Source: Laetmonice hystrix
Lineage: Eukaryota
DNA length: 64,000 nt
Direction: 5' to 3'
Assembly: GCA_965235115.1 (NCBI GenBank)
Contig: OZ249436.1
Location: 20,400,001-20,464,000, forward strand
This document shows positions 63,116 to 64,000 of this stretch, in pieces (the stretch's first letter is position 1; the number at the start of each line of letters is the position of its first letter). A model generated the notes under the pieces. The model searched no databases. It worked only from the letters and a program-made list of their open reading frames with translations, and was not told the origin of the DNA. The position numbers and the translations under genes are program-made.

Positions 63116-63309
63116 CGGTGACGGGATCCTCAGCTATGCCGACCCAGGGCCCAAAGTAACGCGACAGGAAGTCATACTGCTCGCCATTGTGGTCCGTACC
63201 TCCAGTTTCCTCCTCAGCCTTCACAGTCACTATAACCCCTTTCACTTGACCAGTGTGAGAACACGTAACAAACTTGTCGATCTCTGGTCTCATTGACTCA
63301 AGGTCCTTT
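63116..63309 (-). CDS. PBLD: PBLD/PhzF-like protein, internal exon (194 nt, phase 2-1)
   Basis: TTTCCCTTTGGCAG|A AAG GAC ... GTC ACC G|GTAGGT. Encodes KDLESMRPEIDKFVTCSHTGQVKGVIVTVKAEEETGGTDHNGEQYDFLSRYFGPWVGIAEDPVT(G); DF.SRYF.PW.G..EDPVTG is the PhzF/PBLD signature. Confidence 0.96.
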
Positions 63310-63774
63310 CTGCCAAAGGGAAAACAGTATAAAAAAGAAAGGTATAGTCTTGTCTAACCTGACGCTCGGCACACAGGGTGTGTATCATGCCTCGATAAAG
63401 ACGATGTACTGTCCCCACAGGGAACTAGGGGAGACCCCCTATATCCCAATCTAATGCTATATGCTTGGTAGACGCACATAGATGCTATTCAGTGACGTTT
63501 TCTCTATAAGGTACTTCCGATTGATCAAAACATGGAATAATTAATAGGCCTATACTACAAGTAATTAGGCCTAATATAGGCCTACTAACCCTAACCTTAT
63601 AAACTTACTATAAAAGGCTTTAATTTTGATTGGTACCACCCTGTAGTTGTTAACTGCCTGAAGTATTCCGACATTGATCATTTCCCAGATATATAGGCCT
63701 ACACCCTCGGGAATACCTGTTCTGTAATATCATGAATGATTATCATGGCGGGTTTTAGTTTGTCCTTGTCCTAC

Positions 63775-63863
63775 CTGTGTGTCCCATCCGTCAGTCTGAC
63801 CAACAGTTTGCCGGTAGATGGCGACAATTGGACATCCTGAATGGTTCGGTCGCCAGCCACAGC
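63775..63863 (-). CDS. PBLD: PBLD/PhzF-like protein, internal exon (89 nt, phase 0-2); upstream exons lie beyond the window
   Basis: TTTTATTGGCAG|GCT GTG ... CAC AG|GTAGGA. Encodes AVAGDRTIQDVQLSPSTGKLLVRLTDGTH(R), matching the PBLD ..VQD...SP.T.KLLVRL segment; phase joins the next exon. Confidence 0.93.
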
Positions 63864-64000
63864 CTGCCAATAAAACATGAAGAAAGATGGAATTTAAAAC
63901 ATATTTATAAGCACCGACTGCAATAAACTTTGCCTATATTTCAAATGGGACACTTCAAAAACGTCAGGCCTATACTCCACATATGTAATTAAGCACAACA

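Noticed and set aside
62964..63293. 109-aa single-exon ORF as the PBLD protein
   Set aside because: Homology stops at EDPVTG, where a GTAGGT donor lies; the remainder is intron read-through. The real continuation is in exons 62794-62732 and 62513-62392.

Overview
Repeat-rich eukaryotic genomic DNA, probably a marine invertebrate (inference from spliceosomal introns and SINE/MITE/HINE types; species not determinable). Two protein-coding genes are well supported. One is a single-ORF Net/ATOH8-family bHLH transcription factor (32919-33854, +). The other is the last four coding exons of a PBLD/PhzF-like isomerase (62392-63863, -; the 5' part lies beyond the window). The genes are convergent, about 28.5 kb apart, with no other recognisable coding gene between them; this echoes the human ATOH7-PBLD neighbourhood. 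About 15 kb (my estimate, ~23%) is tandem repeat: at least 11 unrelated minisatellite families with 12-62 bp units, several with higher-order duplications. These arrays generate most of the long ORFs in the supplied track, which are spurious. Also present: a tRNA-derived SINE with a 12-bp TSD and a paralogous empty site, a Helentron/DINE-1-like (HINE) element, a degenerate LINE 3' end and several MITEs (one inserted in a minisatellite unit, one probably nested in another). Weaker candidates are a phase-consistent chain of small minus-strand exons at ~7-8.5 kb, candidate CTCF sites and an ETS/YY1 promoter-like element. No CRISPR array, rRNA or bona fide tRNA gene was seen.
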